Assembly (NCBI GenBank): GCA_943704425.1
Contig: CALSCP010001788.1
Location: 1-48,784, forward strand
DNA from: Ministeria vibrans ATCC 50519
Lineage: Eukaryota > Protista > Filasterea
Reading direction: 5' to 3'
Length of the DNA stretch: 48,784 nt
The notes under the pieces are model-generated. The model saw only the letters and a program-made list of their open reading frames with translations. It did not search any database and was not told the origin of the DNA. A program made the position numbers and the translations under genes. Of this stretch, positions 11,827 to 23,422 are shown one piece after another. Numbering within the stretch: position 1 is the stretch's first letter; every line of letters starts with the position of its first letter.

Positions 11827-12134
11827 CCGTCCCGTCCGAGCTCACTCACCTCCCGCTCGCGCAAGTCTGACTGACTGTGCCGCTAAAAAAAAAAAAAAAA
11901 AAAAAAGGAAGGGGAATGATCGGTGAGGGGAGGTTGTGGGCAGAGGGGAGGGTGGACAAGGAGGCGTGGGATGCAGCATGAAGGCGGCACCTGCTGGAGA
12001 ATGCGGATGACTTCGGCTGTTTGTGTGTCCTTGACAAAGACATTGTCGCCGTCGTCGTCGTCGTGGATGAAGTCGTGCGAGAGGACGCGTCCGCGCCCTT
12101 TCGGCGACGAGGGCCCCGTTGTACTAGTGGCCAT
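11823..12134 (-). CDS. Small hypothetical protein (about 67 aa, 2 exons)
   Basis: ATG at 12134; exon 12134-11991; GT-AG intron 11990-11883 with a poly-T acceptor; exon 11882-11823 ends in TAG. No recognised domain. Confidence 0.55.
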
Positions 12135-12371
12135 CGAGCAAGTGAATATAATATAAAAAAGTGCCTCAGATGGCAGATGACAGATCAGTGAGATCACAAA
12201 TATTCACGATGTCACTCATGTCAGAATTCAGAATTATCTCAGATGTCTTTTAGTCTTATTTCATTTATGACATTTTGATCTCTATAGTTATTTAGGTTTC
12301 TTTATTCTACTGAATTCAACTAATACAAAAAAATAATACAAGTCCACTTGACAATGCAGCGGAAGGGAAGG

Positions 12372-13572
12372 TTAAGTTGGTACAGGAAGAGGAGGCGGCG
12401 CGTGGAAGGTCATGGCAATGCCGTGGTGGTCGGAGACCTGCGCAAAGGGTAAGGAAGGGTCACCGGCGGCAAGAGGATCAACGTGGGTGTGAGCAACGGG
12501 AATGTTGCTAAAGGCATGGTCAATGGCCTCGGGATGGCCACGGTCGCCAAGGACAGTCATCAGGGTGTCCAAGGGATCGCCAGTGTCTGGATGCAGACAG
12601 GCAAAGGTGGGGCGCCACGAAAGGTCGCCCGTGTGAGGATTGTGCACCGCCATGATGTCGGTGAGCGAAGGAAAGTCGGTGGAAAGCAGGCGAAAGCTGT
12701 CGTGGTAGGTTTGTGAGCCGCCCTTGAAATTGAAGTCGCCCGCAAACACTACTGACGGTGGCGTAATGTCGTCGTGGCTCCCAATGTTGATGGAAAGACA
12801 GTTCAGAGCAAACCGCACCAGTTCTGCAACCTGTGCCGGTGCTTGTGCATTGTCCGAGAACACCTCGGGACGCTTGCCTATGACATGCTGAATAATGCCA
12901 TCGCCAGGAGCCAAGTGTGTCGTGAAGAGGTGCACGGGGTGAGGCCAGGAGGGAACAACGATGCGTGCGTACAAAGCCGCACGGTTCACCGCAAAGTAGT
13001 CATACCAGGCCTGGAAACGGAAAATGTGATGGTCGCACACTTCAATTGGAAAGCGCGACAGAATGATTAGGCCGGAGGAACACAGTGTGGCGGGGAGATG
13101 AGGGCGCAGTGGCGGATGGGCAACGTGCGTGAACCCAAGTGAAGCGGCCCTCTCGATGAGCTGCGATGTGTAGTAATGAGAGAATGGCAAGTTGATCATT
13201 TCCTACAGACGAGAGACGAGACGACAGACGGTCGCGAGTGAGAGAGAGCGCGTGAGACGGTCGAGATGTGGAGGACGACTTCACCTGCAGCGCCACGACG
13301 TCGTAGCTCTCCATGTGCCGCAGCAACGCGGCCAGCCGTTGTTGTTTGTACTGTTCGTGGATACTTGGGACGAGTGGGATCGTGAGGAGGACGAGGAGGT
13401 GGGCGACGCCGGGAGTCACAAGAGGGAGCGCCAAAACAGACGAAAACGCCATTATCAGCGGATACGGGCTTGTCAGCGTTCCGTAGAGCAGCAGCAAGAA
13501 CACGAGTATCCCGCCAACGACTGCAAAGTACACCTGGAAGCGCAAGTTCCCTGGATTGTTGACAATTGACAT
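12372..13572 (-). CDS. Endonuclease/exonuclease/phosphatase (EEP) family protein, neutral sphingomyelinase-like, with N-terminal hydrophobic segments
   Basis: Exons 13572-13285 and 13202-12372. Motifs DVVALQ/E, SSGLIILSRFPI, THL, GDFN, IDH, SDH. Confidence 0.88.
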
Positions 13573-13999
13573 TAAAATTCAAAAATCAGTCAAAACTTGT
13601 GTTTTCAGTTTCAGTTTTACCGGTCGGGGCAATCAAGCACACATTCGCAGAAAGAACCCGTAGCAATCGCTGTGAGGATACGCTTCTATTGTTCTCCTGA
13701 CCTTCGTAGGCTTTTGGTGCCATAACAAAAAAAAATGTTCACAAATCACATTTCACTAATGAATAAGTGTCTAACACTGCACAAAGCCGCGTTCACACAC
13801 ACGTTTATGGCCAGAATAAGGCACCATGCCGCCGACAGTAGCCACTTCTGAAACACCGGGCACCGTTTGTAGTTCATACTTTAAGAAGCAATGCTGAAGG
13901 CTGCGTAGTTCAGACGCAGAAGAAACTGTGAAACAGGTAAAGAAAACTTGATCGTGAATAGGCTTTGCGAAATCTCAATAATCCTGGCCAATAGCCCTT

Positions 14000-14292
14000 G
14001 TTAAACCTGCATGTACTTCAAAGGCTAGTGGAAGAGTCGGAAATCTTCAAGGATGCTGAGGAATTGGCGAGGGTTTCCCTAACGTGAGTGGCCAATCTCG
14101 CACGAACCCTAACGCGACGCCCAATCACCCATTCTCACTCTTATTTTTGCTTTTCCCCACTATTTGAGTACTAAAGAGTAAAGCAGGCCACACGGCTGTC
14201 GTCGAAGCGACCATAGCCTGTTTTTTTTTCACAGGAGCGTCCCCGACATTTTGCTCAATTGTTGGAGGGGTCCTTTGACTCCTTTCACAGCT
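14000..14292 (+). ncRNA. Candidate structured ncRNA with telomerase-RNA-like features (unverified; boundaries approximate)
   Basis: AACCCTAAC at 14105-14113, a hairpin 5' of it, a potential U-rich/A-rich pseudoknot at 14137-14185, hairpin + ACAGGA (14231) + hairpin + ACA (14287). Lies in the longest divergent spacer of the window. Confidence 0.25.
14063..14126. promoter_or_regulatory. Three CCAAT boxes at 29-nt spacing with two CCCTAAC motifs in the divergent EEP/HELQ spacer
   Basis: ATTGG at 14063, CCAAT at 14092 and 14121; CCCTAAC at 14077 and 14107. Confidence 0.35.
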
Positions 14293-14503
14293 TTTTCCTT
14301 TTCACACCACATTTTCTTTTTGACTTTTTCTAACGTCGACTGCTCGCTCGTGACTTCTTTGTTCCTCGAACCATCCAACTCCTGCGGTCGGCACACGACA
14401 CTTGTGGCGATATCGCCGATACAACGTCGTTTGCCCGACCGGAACGAAAACTCGACTTGTTCACGTCCGCATCTGCAAATCATCGTTTGCTTTCTCGGTT
14501 TGC

Positions 14504-17500
14504 ATGGAGGCCGAGCTCGTTGTACACGAGACATGCCACACCCAGCTGGCGACTGGCCTCCAGCGCGTCCTTGTGCGCATCCGCGATGGTGTCGTGCAGA
14601 ATTTGTCGGTCGCCCAACTCCTCACCTTAAACTGTTCCACTGCCGCTCCCACTCGCTTCCTCGTCACCGCCCTACACGAATATGCTACAGTTGACCAACT
14701 CCTTTCCAACGAGCCGCTGGATGACATCTTTCCCAGTGGCCTTCACTACGACCGTGCTCGAGAAATTTTGAATGTTGACTGTCCGCCTCACCTCGTTGCT
14801 CGATTCGGCCTGGTCGCTATCCACGTCGCGTTGCACAGCCGCTCTCTCTCCAACAGCACCACTGCCTCTATCACGCGACCCGTCACCTTTCGAAGCGACT
14901 GTAATGACGACGAGGCGCTTCTCTGTTTGGACGATGATGCCATCTTAGCGCAGGAGTGCGCGCTCGCATCGGAGATTGAAATGCGATGTCGGCAGATTGA
15001 AGCTGACGCCGGTTCTACCGTTGCCACAGCCACGTCGCACTCAACAACTATCGCCATTGCATCGAGCACATGTACCACTACGCCCATCGACATCTTTTCG
15101 CGAGACGTTGCCTCGCCAATTCCAAACACATGCACAGTGCAGTCGGAACCTCCAAGAATTCGCCGTGTGCGAGAGAGCCCGCCACCCTTTGACACTTGGG
15201 GCGACGACGAGGAGGAGGATGCGTTGGAGAACGCTCGTCATGAGGAGAAACGACGACGTCTGGAAGCGCCCACCCCATTAGTGCAGCCGCCCCCACCACT
15301 AGTACAGCCGCCCCCATCTCCAGCGCATGCCACTTTGGTCTCACCTGAGATCCTTGACGCTCTCGGCGTACCAAGCCTGTATCAATGGCAGCTTGAGTGT
15401 CTTCAGGTCGCCCGACTCAAGGGCAACATTGTTTACAGTGCGCCAACGAGCGGCGGCAAAACGCTTGTTGCCGAAGTGCTCCTGCTGGAAACTTTACTGG
15501 AGCGCAAGAAAAACGTCATTTTTATCCTGCCCTATGTTAGTCTTGTGCAAGAGAAGGCTCGTGGTCTCGAGAAATTTGCCAAGAGATTCGACTTTAACGT
15601 ATTGAAAAAAAAACAGGAAAAAAAAAAAACTAATCGGTTTGTAATAGATCGAAAAGTACTGCGGTCCCAGTGGACGCATCCCCCCACCGCGCTCACGGGA
15701 GAGGTATGTGTACTTGTGCACCATAGAAAAGGCGGACATGGTTGTGAATCATCTGATGGAGGAAGGCCGTCTGGGTGAGCTTGGTTGTTGCGTAGTCGAT
15801 GAGTTGCACTTTATTGGGATGGACAGACGCGGTGCGGTTCTCGAGAGTGTACTCGTAAAGTTACTGCAGTGTACAAGGCTCTTGCGATTCGTCGGTATGA
15901 CAGCGACCGTCGGCAATATAGAGGAGCTGCGCGAGTTCTTCCGAGACGCCGGTCTGTATCAGGCGACGTATCGGCCTGTCGCTCTCCACCAGTTTGCCCT
16001 GCTGCAGAAGGAGAAGGAACTGTTTGCGGTGGTACAAGACGTACAACTGAGCAAGCCGTGCTTGCGACCACTGGACTGTGTGAGCGATGGTCAGCGCGCG
16101 AAGGCACCGCCCTTCACGGTGAACAGCGCTATTCGAAAGGGCGGTGTTGCCGTGGTGGTTGCGCTCCTTCGCGAAGTTGCTCCCGTCCACGGCTCCCTCG
16201 TGTTCTGTTGGAGAAAGGCTCAAGCGGAGCAATTGTGCATTGACATTGCTCGACATTTGTGCGACCTTCCCGCCGACAATGAACTTCAACAACGACGGCG
16301 GAAGCTCTGGATGGACTTGGCCGACGTCGCCTCCAAGACAGGCGACGACGACAGATCCGTGCAGTACGTCTGTCCTACGCTGACGTGTTCGATTGCCGCG
16401 GGTGTCGCCTACCATCATGGGGGTCTCACGATGGACGAGCGCACGCTGATTGAAGCTGCATTTCGTGCGGGCACACTTTGTGTGCTCACCTGTACCACCA
16501 CCTTGGCGGCCGGCGTGAATCTTCCCGCGACGCGCGTCATTTTGCGCTCACCCAGAAAGCCACAAAACGCGTACATTACGCGTTCCGAATACACCCAAAT
16601 GTGCGGTCGTGCAGGTCGCGCTGGAACTGTGCCACCTGCAACTGGCGAGAGCTACATGCTGCTGGAAAACGCTCGCGAGTGCTCCAAATTTCTCTCCACC
16701 TTGGCGAAACCATTTGAAGATTGTGCCTCGATGCTGCTCGATGGCAAGTCGTCCGCCGAGCTGTATCGCCTCATCCTCTCAATCGTTGGTGCTGGCCGTT
16801 GCGACACTATCTCTTCGGTGTTGTCCTTCTTGTCGCTCAGTTTGTGTCGGCTGCAATGTGCGGACCAGGCCGCGCTCAACCTGTTTTCGCATGGGGTGCT
16901 CTGTGCTATTCGCTCACTCGTTTCAAACGGAATCCTTTTCGTGAGCAACAATCCAGCTGCTTTGGACGCTGCTTGCGACGCCTACATCAGTCACCCGCCC
17001 CATTCCAGTGCGGCCGCAGACGTGTACCTGAATCCTCTGCAACAGGTCAGACTGTGCGCGACTCCCTTGGGCCGTGCCACCTACCGCAGTGGTATTGACC
17101 AGCGCTACGTCAAGCACAGTCACGACACCCTCAAGCGCGCCTTAGACTCCATGGCACTCTCAACCGAGCTCCACCTACTCTATCTCGTGGTGCCATATGC
17201 CGATATTGCACGCCTTGATATAGTACCGCATGATTTTGGTGGCGCCTTCCACAAGTACATCTTCAGCTCGCGCTATGTCGACCAGCGTGCCACGGAGCAT
17301 CTCGCTGTTGCTCTACAACTGAAAGGGGGGGACCCGAGCGCATTCCTTCGTGCTCAAATGAATCATTCGATTGTTAGGGAGGATAGCCCAAACTATTTGG
17401 ACTCCAACTACTTCAAGGTGCATCTTTTTGTTTCTTCTCATTTTTTTGCTTCTTCTCATCATTTTCTTTCATTCTTGTTTTTTTGTTTTCTTTTTTTTTT

Positions 17501-18132
17501 GTTCTTTTTGATGTTTTTTGTTTTTGTTTTTGTTTTTGTTTTTGTTTTTGTTTTTGTTTTTGTTTTTGTTTTTTTTTTTGTTTTTTTTCGTTGTTGTTGG
17601 ACAGGCTGCTCGTTTGTGTGCGACGCTGATTCTCCATGCTGTTGTGACTCACGAGAAGCCTGTGTTCGAGGCGGCTCACATGTTTGAAATTGATCGTGGC
17701 AAAGTGCAGGCGTTGATGCAGAATGCTGCTTGCAACAGTGGAGCGCTAGCTCGCTTCTGTGCCGAACTCACTGACGAGCCGGGATTCGACTCAATGCGGG
17801 CATTATGCGAGGCGCTTGCGTTGCGTCTGAGCTACGGTTGCAAGGCGGAGCTGGTGGAGCTCATGCAGTTGGACGGGGTGCGCGTGGACATGGCGCGACT
17901 GCTGCGTAACAATCGGTATGGGACACTGGCGAGTCTGGCGCGCGCATCTGCCGAGGAGCTGGTGCAGCGACTGAATCGACCGTTTGTGACGGTGGAAAAA
18001 GCGCGCGGCTGGGTGGCCAATGCGCGCGAGTTGCTGCGTCAACAATTGCGTATGCAGAGGGAGGCCGCTTACGAGGTTGAGCTTGAGCTAGCGCGCCAAC
18101 TCAGCACAGGAGCCGAAGCAAATTTTGTCTAA
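14504..18132 (+). CDS. HELQ: Helicase POLQ-like (HELQ/Hel308 family)
   Basis: Exons 14504-15598, 15648-17417, 17605-18132. Motifs LYQWQ, APTSGGKT, DELH, GMTAT, YHHGGL, TTTLAAGVNLP, QMCGRAGRAG, RLSYGCKAELVELM. No polymerase domain. Confidence 0.92.
17512..17589. repeat. (TTTTTG)n repeat in HELQ intron
   Basis: About 10 hexamer units. Confidence 0.9.
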
Positions 18133-18214
18133 AAATGTACGTGCGTTGTTGTAATATTGATGGTATCTAGGTTTACATGGTAGATCTACAATGATAAGAT
18201 GCGTAGTAGTAGTT

Positions 18215-20060
18215 TCAGATGGAGTCCATTTCCATATCATGGTCATCAAGCACAAGAGAACTCTGCACGGCCAAGAGAACGGCATTGTCATCGTCGTCGT
18301 CGTCGTCATCACTATGCACTGTTCCCAGCCCACCCAACACCACTGCATGGGTACGCTCTGTGCGATTCACCAGGGTTTCACGGTGAGCCGCACGCACACT
18401 CAGAACTGTGCCCCACACGCCAGACACAAGCGCAACGGCCATCAGCAACAACTGCGCCCACAGTACCAGATGAGGCGCGTATAACAAACCAATGGTGGCA
18501 AACATGCTATAAGAGAAAAATCCAGTCAAAAGCCACCATCAAACCATTGAGTCGGTACCTTTGAAAGAGGCGGAATAGGCCGTGAACCTTCTCCGCAGCT
18601 TCATTGTGGTGCACTCCGACAATGGCAAATATCTGAGTGTTGACACCAGAATCAGCAAAGCCCAAGAGAAAGCCACAGAAGAGGGCAAGCCAAAGAGGGG
18701 ACGGGGTTCTACAAAATAAAAAAAAAACATTATAGTGCTTTTACAGCATCTAACTGGTGTTTTGTATGTGTGGTGTGTGTGCGTATGTCTTTGTGGTGCG
18801 TAAATGAGTGTCTTGGTATGAATCGCACTGAGTAAAAAGAAAGACGACAGCAAGGAGCACCAGAGCAATGAGATAGATTAGAGAGGTGCCCACCAGCACT
18901 GCAATGTTGCCCACTCGGTCTGAGAGACGTCCCAGCACGAGAGCCCCTACACACACACCAAAGAAAAAACAAAAAAAAAACAAAACAAAACAAAAAAGAA
19001 GCCAAACAACACGCACACACAATCAAAATAAGACAATGCCGTTCACACAGTTGTTGAGTGCATCACCAGTTATTTGCCCCGCACCCTGTAAAAGGGCCGT
19101 GTACCCAATGGCGTGAGGGCGAAAGTCAGTCGGCAATGGCTTGACAACGGTGGGATTCTTGCCTCCCACCATGGTGGTGTAGGAGGAAAACAGAGCTAGA
19201 GACACGCCTGAGGCACAGAAAAGCGGAATGAGTAAGCGCACCGACTGACGACGGAGTAGCGCAAACGTGAGGACCACGCGGTGGCGCATGGTCAACGACG
19301 CATTGGCCGACTCGACAACGCCGTGGATGGGACGCAGTGTGCACAGCAAAAGAATGGCAAGGATTGCAATGCCCGTCAGTATAGAATACAGTCGTCGTGC
19401 TGACGCCACTGGAACTGTGTCGCCGTTTGGCAGAAGTACAATAATGACAACGCCGCCAAAGACGAGTGAAAAGTTGAGCAGCGCCCAGAAGATACCGCTG
19501 TTGCGCCCTTGCGTCTCGTCGGTTCCATTTCGATTCAAATACGTTCCTACACACAAAAAAAACATATATACGAGTGAGCGCGCAGCAGGCAAGGCGGTTG
19601 GCAGCCGACGGACCTTGCGCAGTCCACAGCACACTTGCGGCCAGTCCGACCAGGACCGACATGACGTAGAGGAGGGGCACAACCACCTTGATCTCGGTCG
19701 CGATGAACATCGCATAGGGAACAGCCGCGCCAATGAGGCATGTCCTGAGAGGGTGGTGCCGCGGGGAGAGTGAGTATGGGTGGAGAGAGTGCGTTTTTAC
19801 TTGGTTCCAAACTGCTCGACAATTGCGGGAGCCACAAAGCTGCCAAAGAGAAAACAAAAGTACACGGTCGCCAGCGAGTAGAAGCCGGTGTTGTGGCTGT
19901 TCAGGATGCTGGGCTGGAGCACGGCGGAGACGTTCCATCTACGGTGTAGGTGTGAGTTTATGTGCGACATGTCTGAGGGACGACCCTACGTGAGAAAGAG
20001 TAGGGTGAAGGCAACGCCGAGAACAACCACATTGATCAGGTGCCGTCGATTCTCAGACAT
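18215..20060 (-). CDS. UNC93-like MFS transporter (MFSD11-like), multi-exon
   Basis: NVVVLGVAFTLLF, GLAASVLWTAQG-TYL, RNSGIFWAL, and multiple TM segments across GT-AG spliced exons. Confidence 0.85.
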
Positions 20061-20151
20061 CCAAAAAGTGAAAGAGAGTGATCCTAAATCGGCAAGATGA
20101 AAGATTCAAGATTCATTGATTCAAGGAGATCAATGTTATTCAATTTCTCCA

Positions 20152-21297
20152 ATGCCTCACTTTTGTGCGACGCTCAAAAGCCAACTGGTTCGCTTTTCTG
20201 CAAACCAGTCACACCTGGTGGGGACTACCGATGAATTTGAGGCGCGTTTCTCGCTGGGGACGTTGGCAGGCGGACGCGTAGTCGACGCACGTCTCGTTCT
20301 TGTCCACTTGAGTGTGGCGACTGTTGCGCGACTGCCGACGTGCCTGGTGGTCCACGGGGCCCGCATGCTCGTTGCAGCACTTGATTACGACGCCCGGTGC
20401 ATCGTGGAAATCTTTCGTATGACGCTGGCAAGCGAGGGCACGGCGGTGTTTCACTTGGTCGACGGGCCGTGTGCCGTGGTGGGCACTGCCGACGCACTGG
20501 TGTCCGTAGGGCAAACCAACGCAGACGAGGGCCGCGTGGAGATTGTATCCAGGGTCTCTGTGGATTTGAACAGCGGAGTGCGGGCCTTCTGGATGGCGGT
20601 TGACGAGGTGATGTTGCAGGATGAAGACGCTCCTCACGAAGGCATCTCCATTTGCGTACACGAGAATGGCAAGCTACTTCAAAGGGATTGTTCGCTGCCC
20701 CTCATTCACGACGACATTACCAGTGCTTATCGTGCGTCGGATGACACTGTGTACCTGGGGGTGGGTGTAGGTGCTCTGGTTGTGGCACAGTCCACTTGCT
20801 GCGCTCCCGGTGTTCTCTGCGACGCCCTCTCAGCAGCACCCATCGCCCTCTACGAAGTTTCCCATCATGACCTACCCATGCTGCTTGTGCACTTGGAAGA
20901 CTGTACTGCACTTCTTGTGGCGCGTAGCAACGGCTCCATACTGTGTCAGTGGTCAGCAGTACACGCGTGTGTGCCTACGCCTACATTGGACATGTGGCTT
21001 GTCACTGCACACGACGCACCCTTCTCTCCACTGGTCGCATCTCTCGATCATCATATTGAACAGCCACGCGGCGAACACGACCATGACGAAGGACACTACG
21101 CCAGCGGCGCAGGCGAACATGGCAAGGGCATCGAGCAGGCGCTGAAACAGCGCATTTTGGTGGGAGGCACGCGCGTAGTAGAGCGCACCGAGGTGTTGCG
21201 TCAGAAGCAAGCGCAAATCAGAGCACTTCAAGACATGCTTGATGGAAATTCCGCTGAGCATGTCAGCGGATCGAGTACATTAGTTCAGCTAGTGTAG
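20152..21297 (+). CDS. Hypothetical protein, possibly FANCB N-terminal propeller plus coiled coil
   Basis: Intronless ORF of about 381 aa. LVDGPCAV and ILCQWSAVHACV and the C-terminal helix IEQALKQRILVG..LRQKQAQI resemble the FANCB layout (by-eye inference). Confidence 0.45.
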   Translation: MPHFCATLKSQLVRFSANQSHLVGTTDEFEARFSLGTLAGGRVVDARLVLVHLSVATVARLPTCLVVHGARMLVAALDYDARCIVEIFRMTLASEGTAVFHLVDGPCAVVGTADALVSVGQTNADEGRVEIVSRVSVDLNSGVRAFWMAVDEVMLQDEDAPHEGISICVHENGKLLQRDCSLPLIHDDITSAYRASDDTVYLGVGVGALVVAQSTCCAPGVLCDALSAAPIALYEVSHHDLPMLLVHLEDCTALLVARSNGSILCQWSAVHACVPTPTLDMWLVTAHDAPFSPLVASLDHHIEQPRGEHDHDEGHYASGAGEHGKGIEQALKQRILVGGTRVVERTEVLRQKQAQIRALQDMLDGNSAEHVSGSSTLVQLV

Positions 21298-21405
21298 CTG
21301 TAATATACATTTTGTACAATCATATCAAAATCAACTCAATTCTCCTCTTAACTCTTTCAAATTCCAATAAATTTCCATATTGTGTTGATCCATCGCCGCA
21401 GTTGG

Positions 21406-23233
21406 ATGGACCTCATTGGCATATCCATCAGTCTTGGTGGCTCGTGCGCCCTTGGCCTTGCGTTTGTGACTTCCTTGCGACGGGCACGTCAAAACCGACT
21501 CGCCAGTTCAAATTATGACACTCGCCATCGCTCGCGCCCGTCCGAGTCGCATCGCCGGAGTCTTCAGTCACCCGTCTACGACCTGGAAGAGTCCGACGCG
21601 TCGCCTAAGCGGTCGGCCGTTCCCGACACCTCCGAGGAAATTCTCGACTTACTCTCATCCATTGCGGATGACCAGACTCACCGCGAAGGATCCGTCCATC
21701 GCGGCATCACCTGTAACATGTGCAACATCAATCCCATCCGCGGCGTGCGCTACAAGTGCGCCAATTGCGTCGACTGGGACGTCTGTGAGGTTTGTCGATA
21801 TTATAGTACACTACCCTCAGTGCAATGTGACAAGAATGTGTCTCTCTCACCTGTATGTAGGCATGCGAGTCGCACCACACCCACACGCCCACCCATGTCT
21901 TCCTCAAAGTCACCACGCCCCTTGCGCCTCTGAGCAACCAGCGCACCGCTCTGCTCGCGCGCACCCTCTACCCCTCTCCGAAGCCCCTCAACCCCGAGAC
22001 TGTGCCCCCTCACATTCCCCACACCCACTTCGACCCTATTGAACAGCGTGCTCTTTACCGCCAATTCGCGGTGTTTGCCAGCGAGTCTTCAAAGGGTATC
22101 TCTCGCGCCGCCTTTGACTTTGCCTTGGGTCCCGTGTCGGCCAATCTCATTTCCAATCGTCTCTTCTCCTTTTTCGATTCGGTACGTTTGAACGAGACAC
22201 GTACAGCGCGAACGTGACTGTGCTGCGGTGTATCGTTTAGAACTCGGACGGGACAATATCGTACGAGGAGTTTGTGCGCGCAATGAGTGTTCTGTGCAAA
22301 GGAACACTCGACGAGCGGATAAGACGTAAAGAGACAGGAGAGAAAAAGAATCAAAGTGATGCAGAGACTGAGAGAGAAGCCAAAAAAAAAAAAAAAAAAA
22401 AAAGAATAGAGGGAGGCAGAATGAGTCAAAGTGTGTGAGAGAAACTGAGAGTATTTTTCTGATTTGTGTCTTAAGTTGCCTTTTTCGGGTGTGATTTGGA
22501 CGGAAGTGGATACATCACACGGAATCAACTGAGGACAGTGCTTCAGGTGAGCCAATAAGGGGCACACAAGTCACAGTGTGAATCTGGCTTCTTCTTTGTG
22601 TAGGGGTATTTTTCATTGAACATTGCGCTGGTGCGGGACGTGGTGCGGGGGCTTGAGGCTGATATGCTGGCGCAGTACACGGATGATGCGGGGAAGGTAT
22701 TGAATGCCACCGTTGAACGCACACTGACACACGCACATACATAATTGTATAATTTATTTTTATATCACGATCACAATCATATACCTTTACCCACGTACTA
22801 AAATAATACTAAAATACTATGTATCTCTTATCTCTATCATGTTTGCTTATTAGCCGGTGAGTGCGGTGTTCTCTGCACCGATTCCGAGTCGGATGGGAGA
22901 CGGTGGCGCGGATGGGACAGAGGAAGATGGAGATGCAGAGGGGAGGAAGAAAGGCGATGTGGAATGGCAGAGGGTCGCTGGAGGGGGCGATGGCAAGTCT
23001 CAGTCGCAGCCTATTCTTGAGGAGATGTCGCAGGTGAGGGCTGACCGTTTTGATACGGATCTCTTCATACTAAATACGTGCTATAGGATGCGGTGGAGGA
23101 ACTTGTGACGATGATCATGGACGGTGCTGACACGGACGGCGACGACCGACTCTCTCTTGCGGAATTCACGGCCTTCTCCCGGCACGATAACACAGTTCTC
23201 CTCTGGTTCGATGCCCTCGGATCGCTTTTTTAA
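21406..23233 (+). CDS. Membrane-anchored ZZ-type zinc finger plus EF-hand protein (multi-exon)
   Basis: N-terminal hydrophobic anchor; HRGITCNMC..PIRGVRYKCANCVDWDVCE..HTHTPTHVFLK; EF loops such as DLDGSGYITR and DTDGDDRLS; stop TAA at 23231-23233. Confidence 0.82.
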
Positions 23234-23422
23234 AGAAAGAGGACGATTGGTGGTATATTGTATTCTTTTCTGTACTGATGTATCTACAATGTGAATGTTC
23301 TATAACCATTGATAAGTATACCCTTCTGTCTGACAGGCAGACACCTGTGCCTGAGGCTGAGTTGTTACTTGAGTCTTGACTTCAACTTAAATTACATCAT
23401 ATTTATTTCCTTCTTTCTCACC

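Noticed and set aside
14504-18132. DNA polymerase theta (POLQ)
   Set aside because: The ORF ends after the helicase and HhH region with no family-A polymerase domain, so HELQ fits better.
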